From: Ramazzottius varieornatus
Lineage: Eukaryota; Animalia; Tardigrada
Direction: 5' to 3'
Assembly (NCBI GenBank): GCA_001949185.1
Contig: BDGG01000016.1
Coordinates: 682,001-746,000, forward strand
DNA length: 64,000 nt
A program made the translations under genes and the position numbers. Below are positions 1 through 12,894 of this stretch, in pieces; positions within the stretch are counted from its first letter, which is position 1; the number at the start of each line of letters is the position of its first letter. The notes beneath the pieces are model-generated. The model was not told where the DNA came from, did not search any database, and saw nothing but the letters and a program-made list of their open reading frames with translations.

Positions 1-157
1 GTGTCAGCCACAATAACGAAGAAGTGCGCCACGTGAAATGACGATCATTTTCAGTACGTTTGCCAATGTTGCATTTTTTACTTTGAGTGTGGTATTTCTT
101 AGTCTTTTGGATTATGTTTTGAATATCGTTTTCATGGATTATTCTGGTGGTTTTCAG

Positions 158-3100
158 GCTTTGGGTGTTTACGAAATTCTCCGGCGTTTCTTCCAAGGTC
201 TCCAGCTGACGCCTTTCCGCTTTGAGGACTTTTGTTGTGCAGTCACAGCGGAAGAGAACTCTCGGTTGATTGCTGAAATCTTCAGTGCGGTCATCCGCCT
301 GCTGGTTCGTGACACCGAGTCGTCTGGCTTCTGGCTCGCGCCCCACGATGAGAAGGATAGTATTTATTTACCAGTAGCGTGTCTCGATGAGGTGACTTGG
401 CCGGAAATGCTCCGCATGTACTTGCAAAGTTCTCCGGAATATAAAGACGGGCTGAAGATTGTCGAACAGAGCAGCTTTCCTTGTGTGTCGGCGAAGAATA
501 AGCTGGACTTGTTGGAAATGGTCAGTTCGGCTCTTCTGCGTTTACCAGGTAAGTTCAGAAAATGTATGGAAGCTCGGCAAGCAAGTTTGGTTTTTCACGT
601 GGTGCACGTTTTTAGCATTTATAATTAGCAGCGTGCGCCACTTGGGAAAACGAGCTTCTAGAGTGTGATTGTTTTCCAAGGTGGCGCACGCTTCCGGTGT
701 GATTGATTGAAATTGTGCGCTAATTCGGAAACTTGCTTTACGAGTTTGTTGTGGATGACTTCTTACAAAAACTTGGTCTTTTTAGGTGTGATACGCTCCG
801 CGTTGACAGCTGACTTCGTAATCAGCCACGAAGAGCATTGTCGAAACTGTCAAAGACCGGGAGACCTCATCTGCTGTGAGCTCTGTCCAGCGACGTACCA
901 CTTGGAGTGCTCTGTTCCACCGTTGAAAGAAATTCCGGAAGGCGAATGGGTCTGCCACATCTGCCGCCTGAACCAGGTATGCAGGAAGCTGAGCTTTCGA
1001 TATTTTTGAGTACGGAGTTAGCTTGAGCTGTATGTTTTTTCCTGCAGATACCTGGCGTCAGCGATTGTGTTAGCGAAGTGGAGAAGCAGAACTTACATAT
1101 GCGGATCGAACCGGTCGGATTGGATCGTCACGGAAGACGCTTCACATTCCTTGCTCGTCGTTTGTTTGTGTGAGTGATGAGCATTTTGCTATTGAGTTTT
1201 TGGTAGCGAGACTGAGGTGTGTTTGATACTTGCAGGTACGAGGAAGATGAGTCCAGAGTGTGGTACTACTCTACCCTTCCGCAGTTCGAACAGGTACTAG
1301 ATCTGATGGATCCTGAAGATTTGGAGAAGGAACTGTGCGAGGCAATAGATGAGCTACGGGATGAAGTGGAGAACCATTTTGACGTTACGCAGAAGCTGAC
1401 CAAGAAGTACTCGTCTGGGAGAGCAATCTACCTCGACCAAGCCAATGGTAAGGGAGACCAGCAAACTTTCTCCTGAAAAGTTTCTGCCGGTGAATGGGAA
1501 AACGCTGCTTAAACGAAGTATTATTGGGAATGACGACTTCTTATTTTCTACAGCGACCATTGCTGAAGAGCGGAAACGAAGGGAAGCAGAAAAGGCAAAG
1601 AAAGATGAAGAGGATAAGAAAGGCAAGGACTCGAAGGAAGATATAGTCGTCAAGGAAGAAATGGGAACTTCCAGTAGCAGTAGCACCGAGCCTCTTTCGA
1701 AGGACTGTTCTCTTGCCAAGCAAGAAGGAGTAGAGCCAGGTAAAACTGAGAAGCGCTTTATGGCTGGAAATTTTTCCTTAAAAAACTTGCTCCATTTTAG
1801 GACCGAAAATAGCGACAAGAACTCGAACGGGTGCTCTGGCTGCCAAATCCTACTCGGATAGTCTGCTGAAGAACGCCAAAGATGTGACGACCATCCTGGT
1901 TCCGCCGCATATCGATGGGTCTAACACCTTCGACTTGCTGAAAACTGCGGGGCCGTCGTACAAGCTGGGCGTAGAAGGCTTGTTCCGGTTGTACAAGAAC
2001 ATGTTCAAGGACAACCCCTTCGCGCAAGACAAGGCACAAAGACAGGACGAACGCGACCGGAAGCGCCACTTGGGAACAAAGTACTCGTTGAATGCCGAGA
2101 AGAATACCCCGGGTGAATTCAAGTGGACTGGGCTGAAGCTAGGTAAGACTCCAAAGGGAAACGCTGAGAAATTTCAAATTTTGTTCTCGGTGAATAATGA
2201 AGCAGAAAGAAGACAAGTTTTGACGTTTTGATTGTAACAATTAATCACTTTTATGTACGGGAGCTGGGCAAACAAATTCGACAGGATCCTTACCCCAACT
2301 GGCGCACGCTTTCCGCTAGTGAGACCGGAAGCGTGCGCCACTTGAGCAAACGACCTGGTCGATTGCGCTTGTTTCGCCAAGTGGCGCACAATTTCAATGC
2401 TATTGGTTGAAAGCGTGCGCCACTTCGGAAGACGATCTTGTCCAGCTTCCCTGCCGAGCTCGCATATGTGGAAGTAGTGTTGCTTGAAGTTGCATGCTGT
2501 GACATATCATTGAAGGTGGCAGACGCGGGGGTCACGGTACTCGGTTTTGAACTGGGTTGAATGGCACTGGATCAGTGTCTATTTCTGCAGGTATTACCAA
2601 GACGCTCATCACGACCATAAAGACGACCCTTATGATAGAACTCGAGAAGAGTATCCACCCCTCGTTCTTCCATCCAACGTGGAAGGAGTCGAGAAAGATG
2701 TGGCAGAGGGAGGTGGAAGAAGCGGGTACGCCAGAGAAGCTGGCTTTAGCCTTGATCAGGTTCGAGTCCAGCTGCAGACCATGCATCTTCATGCCGTCAT
2801 GGCATGAGAACATGGGCTGTGTCAAGTGGTGCAAGATCGTCGCTCCCGATCGAGAGGAACTGCGCAACCAGGAACGAAGAAGGAAGCGGGAAGATGACGA
2901 AGCGGTGGTGAGATCGGCCAAGCGATGTTATGTTTCTTTTGTCCAAGGCGTCCAACATCAAGTACGTAAGACAAAACAGTTCCTAATAAGTCTGAGATAA
3001 TGTGTGCCACTTAGGAAAATGGTCTTGTTGGGTGTGTTTGCCGAGGTCGAATGATAATTTTGGAGCATTACGGTGTGTAGTAATGCTAGAAAGAGGTTTG

Positions 3101-6100
3101 TTGGACAACTGTCATGTTGTGATTTTGATCTTTTTGCAGATCTGGAAGCACAAAGGTGAGGAGTTTCGTCTTTCCGGTAAGGGTGGTGTGTACTGGTGGA
3201 GCAGTCGCTTCGGCGATGAGAAAGAACCTCAACTTGAACGAGTCACCACACCGGTTGAACCACAAAACCCGCCTGTGATCGAGGAAGATGTGATCGACAT
3301 TTCGTCCGCCTTGTCCAGTAACAGTAGCCTCTTCTCCATCCAGTCGAACGTGAAAGAGAAACTTGACAGAATATGGGCGAAAGAAAACTTATTCGTCAAG
3401 AATATTGCCGTAACCGAAACTGACACAAATGACACTGTGAAAGGTGAGTCTGAAAATGTCCCGAAGGCTGAAGACAAACCGACAGAGAAACCTGAAGTCA
3501 AGATGGAAGTCGATGGTGGGACACTGTCAGCTGAGAGTACTCCGGCAGTGAACAAGCTCGATGAGAAGAAAGAGCCAAGTGAAAAGCCGGACTTGCCGCT
3601 GGGCTTGGTGGGCTTGAAGCTGAATGGCTTGCTGGAGAAGGTGCCGAAGAACGGGGAGAAGGACCAGAATGAGAAGGAGGAAGAGGCAAAGAAGGAGGTG
3701 ATTCCAAGAGTGGATAATGGGCCGAAAGTGGGACTTCCGCCTCTGCTGGACTTCACGAGAGAAGAAGACTTGCTGGATTTCTACAGACTGTCGCAGCATG
3801 ATTACTTTGGCCTTGCTCTTAATGGCGGCCTAGTCGAGGTTAGTTTTTCTCATAGATAGAGCGGACGTCGGCAAATGATTGCACCCAAATGGTTGTCTCG
3901 AGTGGCGCACGTTTCCATTGTTGTTAGCTGAGAACGTGCGCCACTTGGGTAAACGATCTGAGTGGATTCATTTGCCAACGATCCATATTCTATGTAAAGG
4001 TGTGAAACTGCGAATCTAATCTCATGTGAAATGTTTCAGATGGGAGGATTCAAGTATGACTTCAAGGCTTCGCCCAACTGGGAGTATGCCCACTTTCCTC
4101 GGCCGAATATGCGGACTGCTTGGCGGTTCCGCACGTACTCCGTAAGGAATTGGGGTGGTGTGGCTCTCCAGATTAGAACCATCTATGCTGCCTTGAGATG
4201 GGAGGAGATGAACACAAAGCCCCCGCAAGGTGAGACTTTTCTTGTCTTGTTCAGCAACTGTCTGAGGTAACCTGCTGGGTTTTACAGCTGGACGAAAAAT
4301 CACCCATGACGAGCATTCAACCATCTACGCCGAGCTGGTACGAAAGAGACCTTCGGCCAGGAATCTGGAGTTTCCTCGTTATGAATACATGGTTAAGCGA
4401 GTGGTCATGCCCAACAAAGACAACAACTACCGCAGTAAGTCGCTCATGCTCTCCTGAATATTTTCTGTATGTTTTTCGCGGTGTTCTGTAGTTGGTTAGA
4501 TTCCCTTAAACGTTCGGTTAGATTGTCCGGAAATACACTGGGATGGGAATACATTTAATGTTGTTTCATCTTGTAGGCAACCAGAAGTCGACACCAGCAA
4601 GAGAAGGTCTTCGTGAGCGTCGTGTAGATACTCCAAAGTCGAAAGACCCGTACTTGCTGGACAGCTGGGTGATTGAAGACGAGCTGGAGCTGTGGGAGAT
4701 TAGGTCTTTCTACGAACGCGTGGAGCACCCGCCACCTGAACCACCGAAAGTACCACCTTCAGCCAGCATCATGGTCCCCGCACCGTCGACCTCTTCGGTT
4801 TACCCGGGCGTCGTCCGAAGCAACAGTGGAAAACCCCTCGTCAAGGTGCCCGCGGAAGGTATCAGTAAGTCCTTCCTCCTCTCCTACCAACATAATTGTC
4901 GGGTTTTCAGCTCTTGATTGGCTGTGTGTTGCTAGGAGGTCTCCAGAGCGAGATGGGCTTGAAACTCGTCCCCATCAAGGCTTACACAACCGACGGCAAG
5001 CAGCAGTACATCCTCGTACCCACTAACTCCGATGGAGCTTCCATTGCAAAGCATGCTACTGCCATCGGTAAGTTATTATTTCGAGTCAACAGAACTGAGG
5101 AGTTATCGTCGAAAGAATCGACCTAATCGTTTTTTCGCTGACAGACTAATCGTAGCAAAACGTCGAAAATCCAGTTCAACGTTAGTGTTTGAAACGATTG
5201 TAAACGAAAATGAGTAGAATAAAAAGATTGCTTGGTAGTCTTCACTTTTTTTCGGGTTAGCATTAGCGAGACACTTTTGACTTTGGTTTTGGTTTGTAGC
5301 AAAATTTGCTCAGAGGACACCTGGAAGTCAGCTTTTGGTGAACGGTCCCGTCACCACTCCCGTGGAAGAGCAGGTGTTAACCGTGACATCGATCGAAGAG
5401 CCGGATTCCGCGGTAATGCCTCCTCCGCCGGATAACGATAGCGGCTGGATCAGGGAGCATAACGAGAAGTTGAACAAGAGAATGCAGCAAGTGAAGAAGG
5501 CCATCACGACCAGGATCGGTGTGCTGAAACATGGACATGCGCGGATCAAGTCAGAAATGGTGGCTGCTGTACTGCAATCCATGGTGGTAAGTGTCGTTTG
5601 AACTGTAGAGAGGAAAAACCTTTTTTTAAAGGTTACACTTGGGAAACTCTTGGGCAAACCGTTCGGTAACATGTCTGATGGCACGTCGTGTGGGTAAACG
5701 AGCGGGCTGGATATGTTAGCCGTTACACTTATGGCGTGCCATTGAGTCCTGCTCGTTATGGTGCGCCGTGACGTGGGAAGCTGCAAATTCGAATCCACGT
5801 ATTTTAAACTCGAACTTGGAGTTTCTTTCGCTTTATTTTGCGTAAAAATTCGGTCAGGTGGTATTCTTCCGAGCTGAGACTTCTTAAGTGACTGAGCAAC
5901 GGAATATCGAATGGAGACTGCTTTCCATTTGCAGGATGAGAATCCGGAGTTGATACCTGGCTTGCCGGAAGCACCCATCGAGCCCGTGATTCCTCTTTCG
6001 CTCTTCCCTCAACCACAGCTCGTCAAGCACTTCTCGCCTGAACGAAAGTCTCCGAAGAAGTCGCCCATCAAGAAAGAAGCCTCTGGTATTCCTTCGACGA

Positions 6101-9100
6101 TCGCAGACGGCACGCCGCTTCAGCCGGAAGTCATTCCGACATTCAAGATCAAGAAGAGTCTGCTGACGCCACCGCCGAATGTCCCTGAAGTTTCTGCTCT
6201 GAAGAAGTCTCCGGAAGAGTTTAAGAGTCGGGCTAAGATGATCAACACCGCGCCGCCACCTCCCGAACCGAAGCCTTCAGGACCACCCAAGAAGAGGGGA
6301 CGAAAGTCCAACGCGGAGAAGTTGGCGGAGGAAGTGGCCATGATGGAAGCCGAAAAGGCCGAACAGGAAGCTGTAAGTCTATTCTCAGCTTGCTCGAAAG
6401 CTTTTGTCACAACTTTTTCAATGCCGAAAATCATCATTCTAAGGTTTCTCTCGAACAATTTCATACAAGGTTTCATCTTAATGTTTTGCCGAATTCGATA
6501 TTGGAGTTTTCTGTCGAGTCAGTTTACTTATTTTTTTGTCGTAGCAGATGGCAGCGACTGTGACTGGAGGTTTCCTGCCACTAAAAGATGGGGCTCTTAG
6601 TTTGGAGAAGAGCAAGAAGAAGAGAAACAACACGATGATGGTCAACGGGGAACTGGTCAGTGGCAAGAAGATCAAGCTGGAGAACGGCGGGGAGAAATTC
6701 GTTCCTGAGATCCATGACTTCGTCTCCCCTGTGAAGACGGAAGGTATGGCGTCGATCGTCAGAACGGCGACTCCTAGTTCCGAAAAGAAACCTTCCTCGG
6801 ATGGCAAGAAGAGGGCGAGAATGCAGTCGACTTCATCGGAAAGAAGTCCCACGGCCCAGAGGAGGAAGAAGGTCAAGGAAGAAGAAGACGAGACGGTGTT
6901 GCATTGCTACTGCCGTAAAGTCTACGATCCCACCAGGTACACGAACTATCTGAAGAAGTAGCCTAATCGTTTACAAAATGCAGTTGCAAATTTGCGAAAG
7001 CACGAAGGGAAACTAAGAATAATCCATGAGATCTCACGTACCTACATACTTCAACACGCTACGGTGCTTCGGTGTGGGTGTATGTAGGTACGTGAGGCGA
7101 TGTCAAGCAGGATGAACTGGATGTCCGTTGTGGTTGTTCGATCGGCTTTTCTCCATCGTTCTATTCCTTTTACAGGTTCATGATCGAGTGCGACAAGTGC
7201 GAACGATGGTTCCATGGCTCGTGCGTGCATGTGGTTGAAGGCAGTATTCCCAAGAAGGCCAAGTGGTTCTGTCCTGACTGTCTAGCCGGAAGTGCCGCTG
7301 CTGGCTCGGCAGTCCTGCCTACTCCTCGACCGGCCTCCGGACTCAAGCACCACGCGCAGTCGGATGCTGGTATAGCTCTTACAAAGAAGAAAAAAAAGAA
7401 AGACCGTCATCGCGAAGAGAAGGCGGTTTCGAAATATGGCAGAGACCCTTCAAAGATCGATCAACGCGCGCCGCTGCCCAAACTCAAGATTAAAATACCT
7501 CCACCGTCTCTGGCGCCGACCAAGACTCCGTCCACTGAAGAAGGTGAGGGTCAAATTATCCAGCTGATAAGTTCCAGAAGCTTTCCGCTAAACAGAAGCT
7601 GCCATTGTCTAGTTCTGTTGTTTACCGGAAATTAACGGCTTTCTTCCACCAGCATACAGCAGGCCTTATGATTACCATCGTCCACGTGTATGCAGGTGGT
7701 CGTAAAGTGGTTACATGTTGAGTGCAGCTTTCTCGCCTGTATACTTGCTAACTGGAAATGTTTTTGTAGGCGCTCCTGTGGGTGGGGACAACTTAGAGAA
7801 GGACATGATACCGAACCATGTTCTGGAAGCGGAAGAATCAAGTGAGGAAGGCTCACCGCCGGATGTGCTGACAAGTGGGACTGCTCGTAACCTGGAGGGT
7901 GTGAAGCCAGCAGAAGGTGTTGAATCTCCATCGACGAGTACCAAAGAGGAACGATCACCGAAAGAAACGGACATTCCATCGATCTCAGTGGAAGAATTGG
8001 AAAGAGGAGAGGCGGAGAAGGTGGAGAAGCAACAGCCAAGGATAACGCTCACGCTCCAAAAGAAGAAGAAGAGCGTGGAAGCGACGAAGGTAAAATTCGT
8101 TTAATCTTGTCCTGTTTGATTTGAACTATATCTAGGCCTTTCTTTGCAGAAGAATGGCGAGGTGATTTCCGAGACGATGCAAGAACCCGTGAGTTCTAAG
8201 AGGAGGAAAGCAAGTAAGAAAGGCGAAGCGGGGAAGAAAGAATCACAAGGAGAGTTAGTGAAGAAGGAGGAGGGAAGTACCAAGGTAAAGAAGCCTGTAA
8301 TGGTCATCGTCCCGGCGCCAATGGCTGCGGCATTCAAGTCCAAAAGCGGGAAGATTCAAAAAGAGGAGGCTCCGGTAGAGAAGAAGGTGATTCGGAAGGA
8401 CTCGGAAGCGGAAGAACCGGCAAAGACGAAGGGAAGCAAGAAGGGCGCCAAGACAGGCAGGGAGAAGGAAGCAGTCAAGGAAGTCTTCTGTTTGTGTCGC
8501 GAACCTAGCAAAGAGTAAGTCCAACAGGAAATCACTGAACGAGATAGAATCGAAAGCGATCTGACGGAGTTCATTTTCCGAGATCCCAAAATTAATATTA
8601 TTAGTCAATTCAACAAACAAAGTTGTAAGCTTATTTTTGGGTATCTTCAGGCATTTGGTGCAGAAGTTTATTGCTTGTGACAAGTGCAAAGAGTGGTTCC
8701 ATCCACGCTGTGTGGGGCTGACGGACGTGAAGGCGGAGAAGATGGCCAAGTTCATGTGCCCAACTTGCTCGAACCAGCCACAGTTCCGCGACTTCCTCTA
8801 CCGTAAGATTGTCCCACCGCTCGACCCAGCTGTCCTGCTCTCGGTCATCGAGGACCACTTGGAAAGAAGCCGAGTCGTGGACATGTTCAGGAACCCTGTC
8901 GACCTCAATGAAGTACCGAGTTACTCCGCTGTCATCCAAGAACCTATGGGTAAGAATTCGTGAACTACAATCGACTGTCGTTCAACAGTTGACTTCTTAA
9001 AAATCAACGGAATGAAGAATTCTTCCGATGAAACAGACGAGAAAAAATGCTCATGGACTGAAATGTCGGCAAACGAATTCACTCAGATGGTCGTATAAGT

Positions 9101-9448
9101 GGCGCACGCTTTCATCTACATGGGTGACAGTATGCGCCACTTGGAATAACAATCTGGGTGAGTGCGTTTGCCGGTGTCTCAGTTAGAAAAAATTCCATTT
9201 TCCCTTCAGACAAAATCCAATCAATTTGACTGTCGAGTTTTTTGTTCGCAGATTTGTCCACAATGAAGGAAAAGATTCAGGATGGCGCCTACGAAACAGT
9301 CCTGGATTTTGTCAAAGACGCCGGTCTGATCTTCGACAACGCCAAGACCTTCAACCCTTCCGTAAGATCTCCCTTTTACAAAGGCGCCGATACTCTTGAG
9401 GAAGTCTTCGTCAACCGTATGAACAAGCTTCGTGCTAACTGGAATTGA
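158..9448 (+). CDS. BPTF: Nucleosome-remodelling factor subunit BPTF/NURF301 (multi-exon, 5' end lies upstream of window)
   Basis: DDT domain (ALGVYEILRRF..LTPFRFEDFC..TWPEMLRMY, exon 158-548); PHD1 (exon 786-976); WHIM/WSD-like segment EPVGLDRHGRRFTFLARRLFV; NURF301 motifs IWKHKGEEFRLSGKGG and WEYAHFPRPNMRTAWRFRT; two C-terminal PHD fingers (~6898-7280 and ~8483-8770); terminal bromodomain with conserved Asn (AKTFNP); stop at 9446-9448. Confidence 0.95.
568..750. repeat. Palindromic element family A, two-core copy (BPTF intron)
   Basis: GGAAGCTCGGCAA left end; two GTGGYGCAC-N25-GTGCGC dyads 82 bp apart. Confidence 0.75.
2259..2463. repeat. Palindromic element family A, two-core copy (BPTF intron)
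   Basis: GGGAGCTGGGCAAA...TGCCGAGCTCGC ends; two GGCGCAC-N25-GTGCGCCACTT dyads 82 bp apart. Confidence 0.85.
3863..3984. repeat. Palindromic element family A (BPTF intron)
   Basis: GGACGTCGGCAAATGA..AGTGGCGCAC-N25-GTGCGCCACTT..TCATTTGCCAACG. Confidence 0.85.
7033..7096. repeat. Palindromic element family B (BPTF intron)
   Basis: Perfect 17-bp arms CTCACGTACCTACATAC-N30-GTATGTAGGTACGTGAG. Confidence 0.75.
9060..9180. repeat. Palindromic element family A (BPTF last intron)
   Basis: GAAATGTCGGCAAACG..AAGTGGCGCAC-N24-ATGCGCCACTT..CGTTTGCCGGTGTCTC. Confidence 0.85.
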
Positions 9449-10596
9449 GCCTACTGTTCCAAATCGTTTCCTCTTTGTTTGGTTTCTATATCCTCATGTG
9501 ATCTTTGGTTGAGAGAATTGCGGCTGTTTGTGGAAAAATGACCAGGAAGTGTCCTTTATTTGTTCTCATTCTTTGACTTATTTCTGTGGTTGAAGGAGAC
9601 TTTCGTTTTGCTTTGGCGGAGCGTTCATCTTTAATTCTCTGTGTAAACTAGGCAGATGAGACGATAAAATCACCCATGATATTTGGTCGACGAAAGCATC
9701 ACTGAGATATCACGGAAGAATTCTTCGAGTGACTATAACAGAAATTCAATATGAAATTTGCGCATGTGATATTGGTGGATTGAAATCGTCGTTGTGTGCA
9801 GCATCAGAAGTTAATGGTCATCGGAATCTACAAAGCTGTGGTGACTGCAGTCACCAGAGTTGTTTCTTCAATTTTCTCCTCATCCTTCAGTGGTTCGGAT
9901 GCTAACCACTCCGCAGGGTCGGTGGAACAGTGATCCGGTCCGTCGGCCTTGAAAGTGACCAAGCCAGCGATGGAGCCAACTTTGTTTTTCCTCCATGTTG
10001 GTCAAAATGCCTTCAAACTCGTCATCTCCCGCGAGACCTCTCCTGATAAACGGGAACATAGTCAGCCTACCAGGCGAAGGTTCTTGCATGCCTAACAAGG
10101 AAAACTCCGCACACAGCAGAGTGAGGAAAAGACAGTCTCGTCGGTTACGGTGGACGTCGTCGAAAATCTCAAATCCAGAATCCGAATTTGAGATAATTTT
10201 TGTTTTGAATTTCAAGTCGGTCTCAGTCAACACTCAACAGCTCAAATACTGATCAATGTTGAAGGCCCTCAGTTCCCGGCGCCCGCGGGAATTTTCCGAT
10301 TTTGATCTTTCGAAGGAGCGCCCTGGGCAACTTGCAGGCAGCTCGGCAGCCCTCTTCAGGTGTTTGGATATGTCGTAGTATCGTTTTATAATATTCAAGC
10401 ATAAAAAAGAAGCAGCTGAACTGGATTAAAAAAGACAATTTCCGAGAAGGAAGAAGGTAGGAACAACGATTAAAATACGATCAAGGTGCAGTCATATGCA
10501 GCAAGCAAAACAGGTGGTAAGCTAAGAGATATTCGAGCACCAAAGAACTTAAAAAACACAGCGTGGTGTACACGACGAAACAGGGAAGAGGAACTT

Positions 10597-12449
10597 TTAC
10601 TGCGACGAGGTCGAAGGCAAGCTGTCCAGGCTGGAAGTAGACAAGGACTCCAAGTCTAATGTACCGTTGGGGAAGCAGTAGTCCAGGAAGTCCAAGCTCA
10701 GTTCGGAGCCTGCGCCTGCCAAGGCCGCCAGCTCACCGACCACCATCGGATCGAGGTTCCAGTTGTATCGATGTAACCAGTCGTCGTTCTGTTCTGGAGT
10801 TTCCGCCATATCCATGACCTGCCATTCTTCCGGGAGCTCCATCCATCGCTGCATGAGGAGCGTCTTGTTGGTCTCCTTGCGGAGTTTTGTCTCAGCTACA
10901 ACCAGAAGAACCAAATTAGCCAACTGACTTCAGGACCACATCGCTATACTGGATTCGAATCATTCAACAGCACGTGCCGCTTTCTTTGTTGACAGCAGAC
11001 GATCTAGTTTGGACGCGAGAAACATTGGGAAGGGGTGCAATGACGGTGGGAGCGTGAATGGCCGGAGGAGGAAGTGGAGGATGATATTGAGCAACAGCAG
11101 TGGCGATGCTGGTGTTGAGCAGATCGATTCCCGTGTCGATGAAGCTGACTTTGAAAGACGGAAGCGAAAAGACTTCTTGTACTACTGGAATACACGCTGG
11201 TTCCGGCTTTATCGGAAGAGTCAGCTGTGGACGCAGCTTCTTTGTCGGAACCTATACGGTAAGAGCAATGATACAGACATACAGCGAAGCTGAAATAAAA
11301 CCGGAAACCACACTAAACCGCGCATTACATCCCAGTGACTTCTATGGGAAGTCAACGAAGTAGCGCAATCCAGTGTCAAAACAGTGTAACGACGTGACAT
11401 CATGTGCTGATGAGTCAGTATGACGACAACTTATGTTTTGCCAGATTTCTCGCGAAGGTACTTACCGGAACAGCCACCGGCTCTTCCGAGGTTTCTTCGA
11501 AATCGGATTCGTAGGACTTGTGCTTGATCCCTCCACAGCCAGTGAGATGGATGCGCTTGACGACTTTGCGTTTGCAGTGCTTGAGCAGATCAGCGCGGCC
11601 CTGACGAACGTACTCGTGCGAGTACAAGCCGAAGCGCAGTTGCGTCCCGTTCCCGTCCACATCCACGAAGACATCGTGGCGCTTCTTGAAATTGTACAGG
11701 TTGAACTGTCGAATGAAGGAGACCAGCTTTCCAGTCTGCAGGAAGAAATCGGAATGATCGTCAGAAAATTCATCCGAAAAGAAAACGCGCCTGCGCCTGC
11801 GACATAGTACGTACTTTCGATATGCCCCGCTCATGACGTAAGACATAAACTAGCTTTTCTGTTTGAGAACCTATGTGTTCCGCTTTTCGTGTTGTAACGT
11901 CATAAATTTAGACTAAAAGGGCAGGCGGTTTTGATGGAGCATAGTGGGTCATGGCGTGCACTACATGCTTGCAGCCCATAGGTGGCGCTGTTCACTACAA
12001 CCCGCCACTGAACAAAACAACGGTTCAACAGCGAAATAAAATGTCATTACGGTTTGCAACTTTCACCGCGTACGCTTTTCTTCACGAAGCGACTCGCGGA
12101 ACTATATCTTCGAAAAAAAAGAATGTTCGAATAGAACGGACACAGGGTTTCGAACACATACCTTGAAAAGCGAGCTCGTGTCGCGGTTCGCCAGCAAGCC
12201 ACCTTCGAACTCGTCCAAGTTGATCATAATCATCCCTTCCTCCTCGAACCAAGTCAGATACCGGGATAACAAATTCGTCTCACATATCAACCAGATTTTG
12301 AATGGAAAGATCTGCTCTTCAACGCGACCATCAAACTTTTCGCGAGAAGCATCGTCCAGCCGACTCATGGCAAGACCCAAGTCCAGGTTCATATTTTGAC
12401 GCTGCAGGGTCGCATCAGCCATGTATTGAGGATATGTACTTCTGACCAT
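10597..12449 (-). CDS. Divergent heat-shock-factor family protein, HSF5/HSFX/HSFY-like (4 exons: 12449-12162, 11735-11466, 11251-10978, 10895-10597)
   Basis: Spliced HSF DNA-binding domain FPFKIW..INLDEFEGGLL..LFK|TGKLVSFIRQFNLYNFKK..YSHEYVRQGRADLLKHCKRK. Exon phases are consistent. It is followed by a Pro-rich region with IKPE (SUMO-type motif) and an acidic C-terminus. Start Met is uncertain. Confidence 0.85.
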
Positions 12450-12894
12450 GTCTTTATAAAGTGCTAACGGATAGTGCAAACGATACTATGTACAAAGAAG
12501 CTATGAACAAAAATATCACCGGGCTATGAAGCAAAAAACTAGCAGCTGGCACCGGAAGAACAAAATAGCAGGTTGCATTGCGGGAAACTTGTCGTGGCCG
12601 TTTTTATAGTCAAGATTCGAATTCCGCTGCCTCCTCCTTCGACACGCCTTGCTCTTTATAAATCTGATGACTTTACGGCCAATCACGAACAATCCTGCAT
12701 TCGAATTTGAATGTCTTGTATCCGTCGTCAAGCAACGGATCCCACATTTCTTCTTCAATATCAACCGCCCAGCGGACCAGCAGTTGGAACATCCAACGTT
12801 TTCCACCAAGCATCCACGGATCGAAGTTCCTTTCAGAACACAATAATAAAACATTAAAACTGCTTTCAGAAAACGATGAAGAATTTGGAGAATT

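Noticed and set aside
5650-5785. Very degenerate or partial family A-like sequences (also 1-38, 3000-3049, 23920-24027, 39210-39255, 54861-54938)
   Set aside because: Probably family members and included in the approximate count, but too eroded to give reliable boundaries.
1354-8755. Long minus-strand ORFs opposite BPTF (e.g. 1354-1818, 3229-3756, 5328-5978)
   Set aside because: They are antisense shadows of Lys/Glu-rich coding exons.
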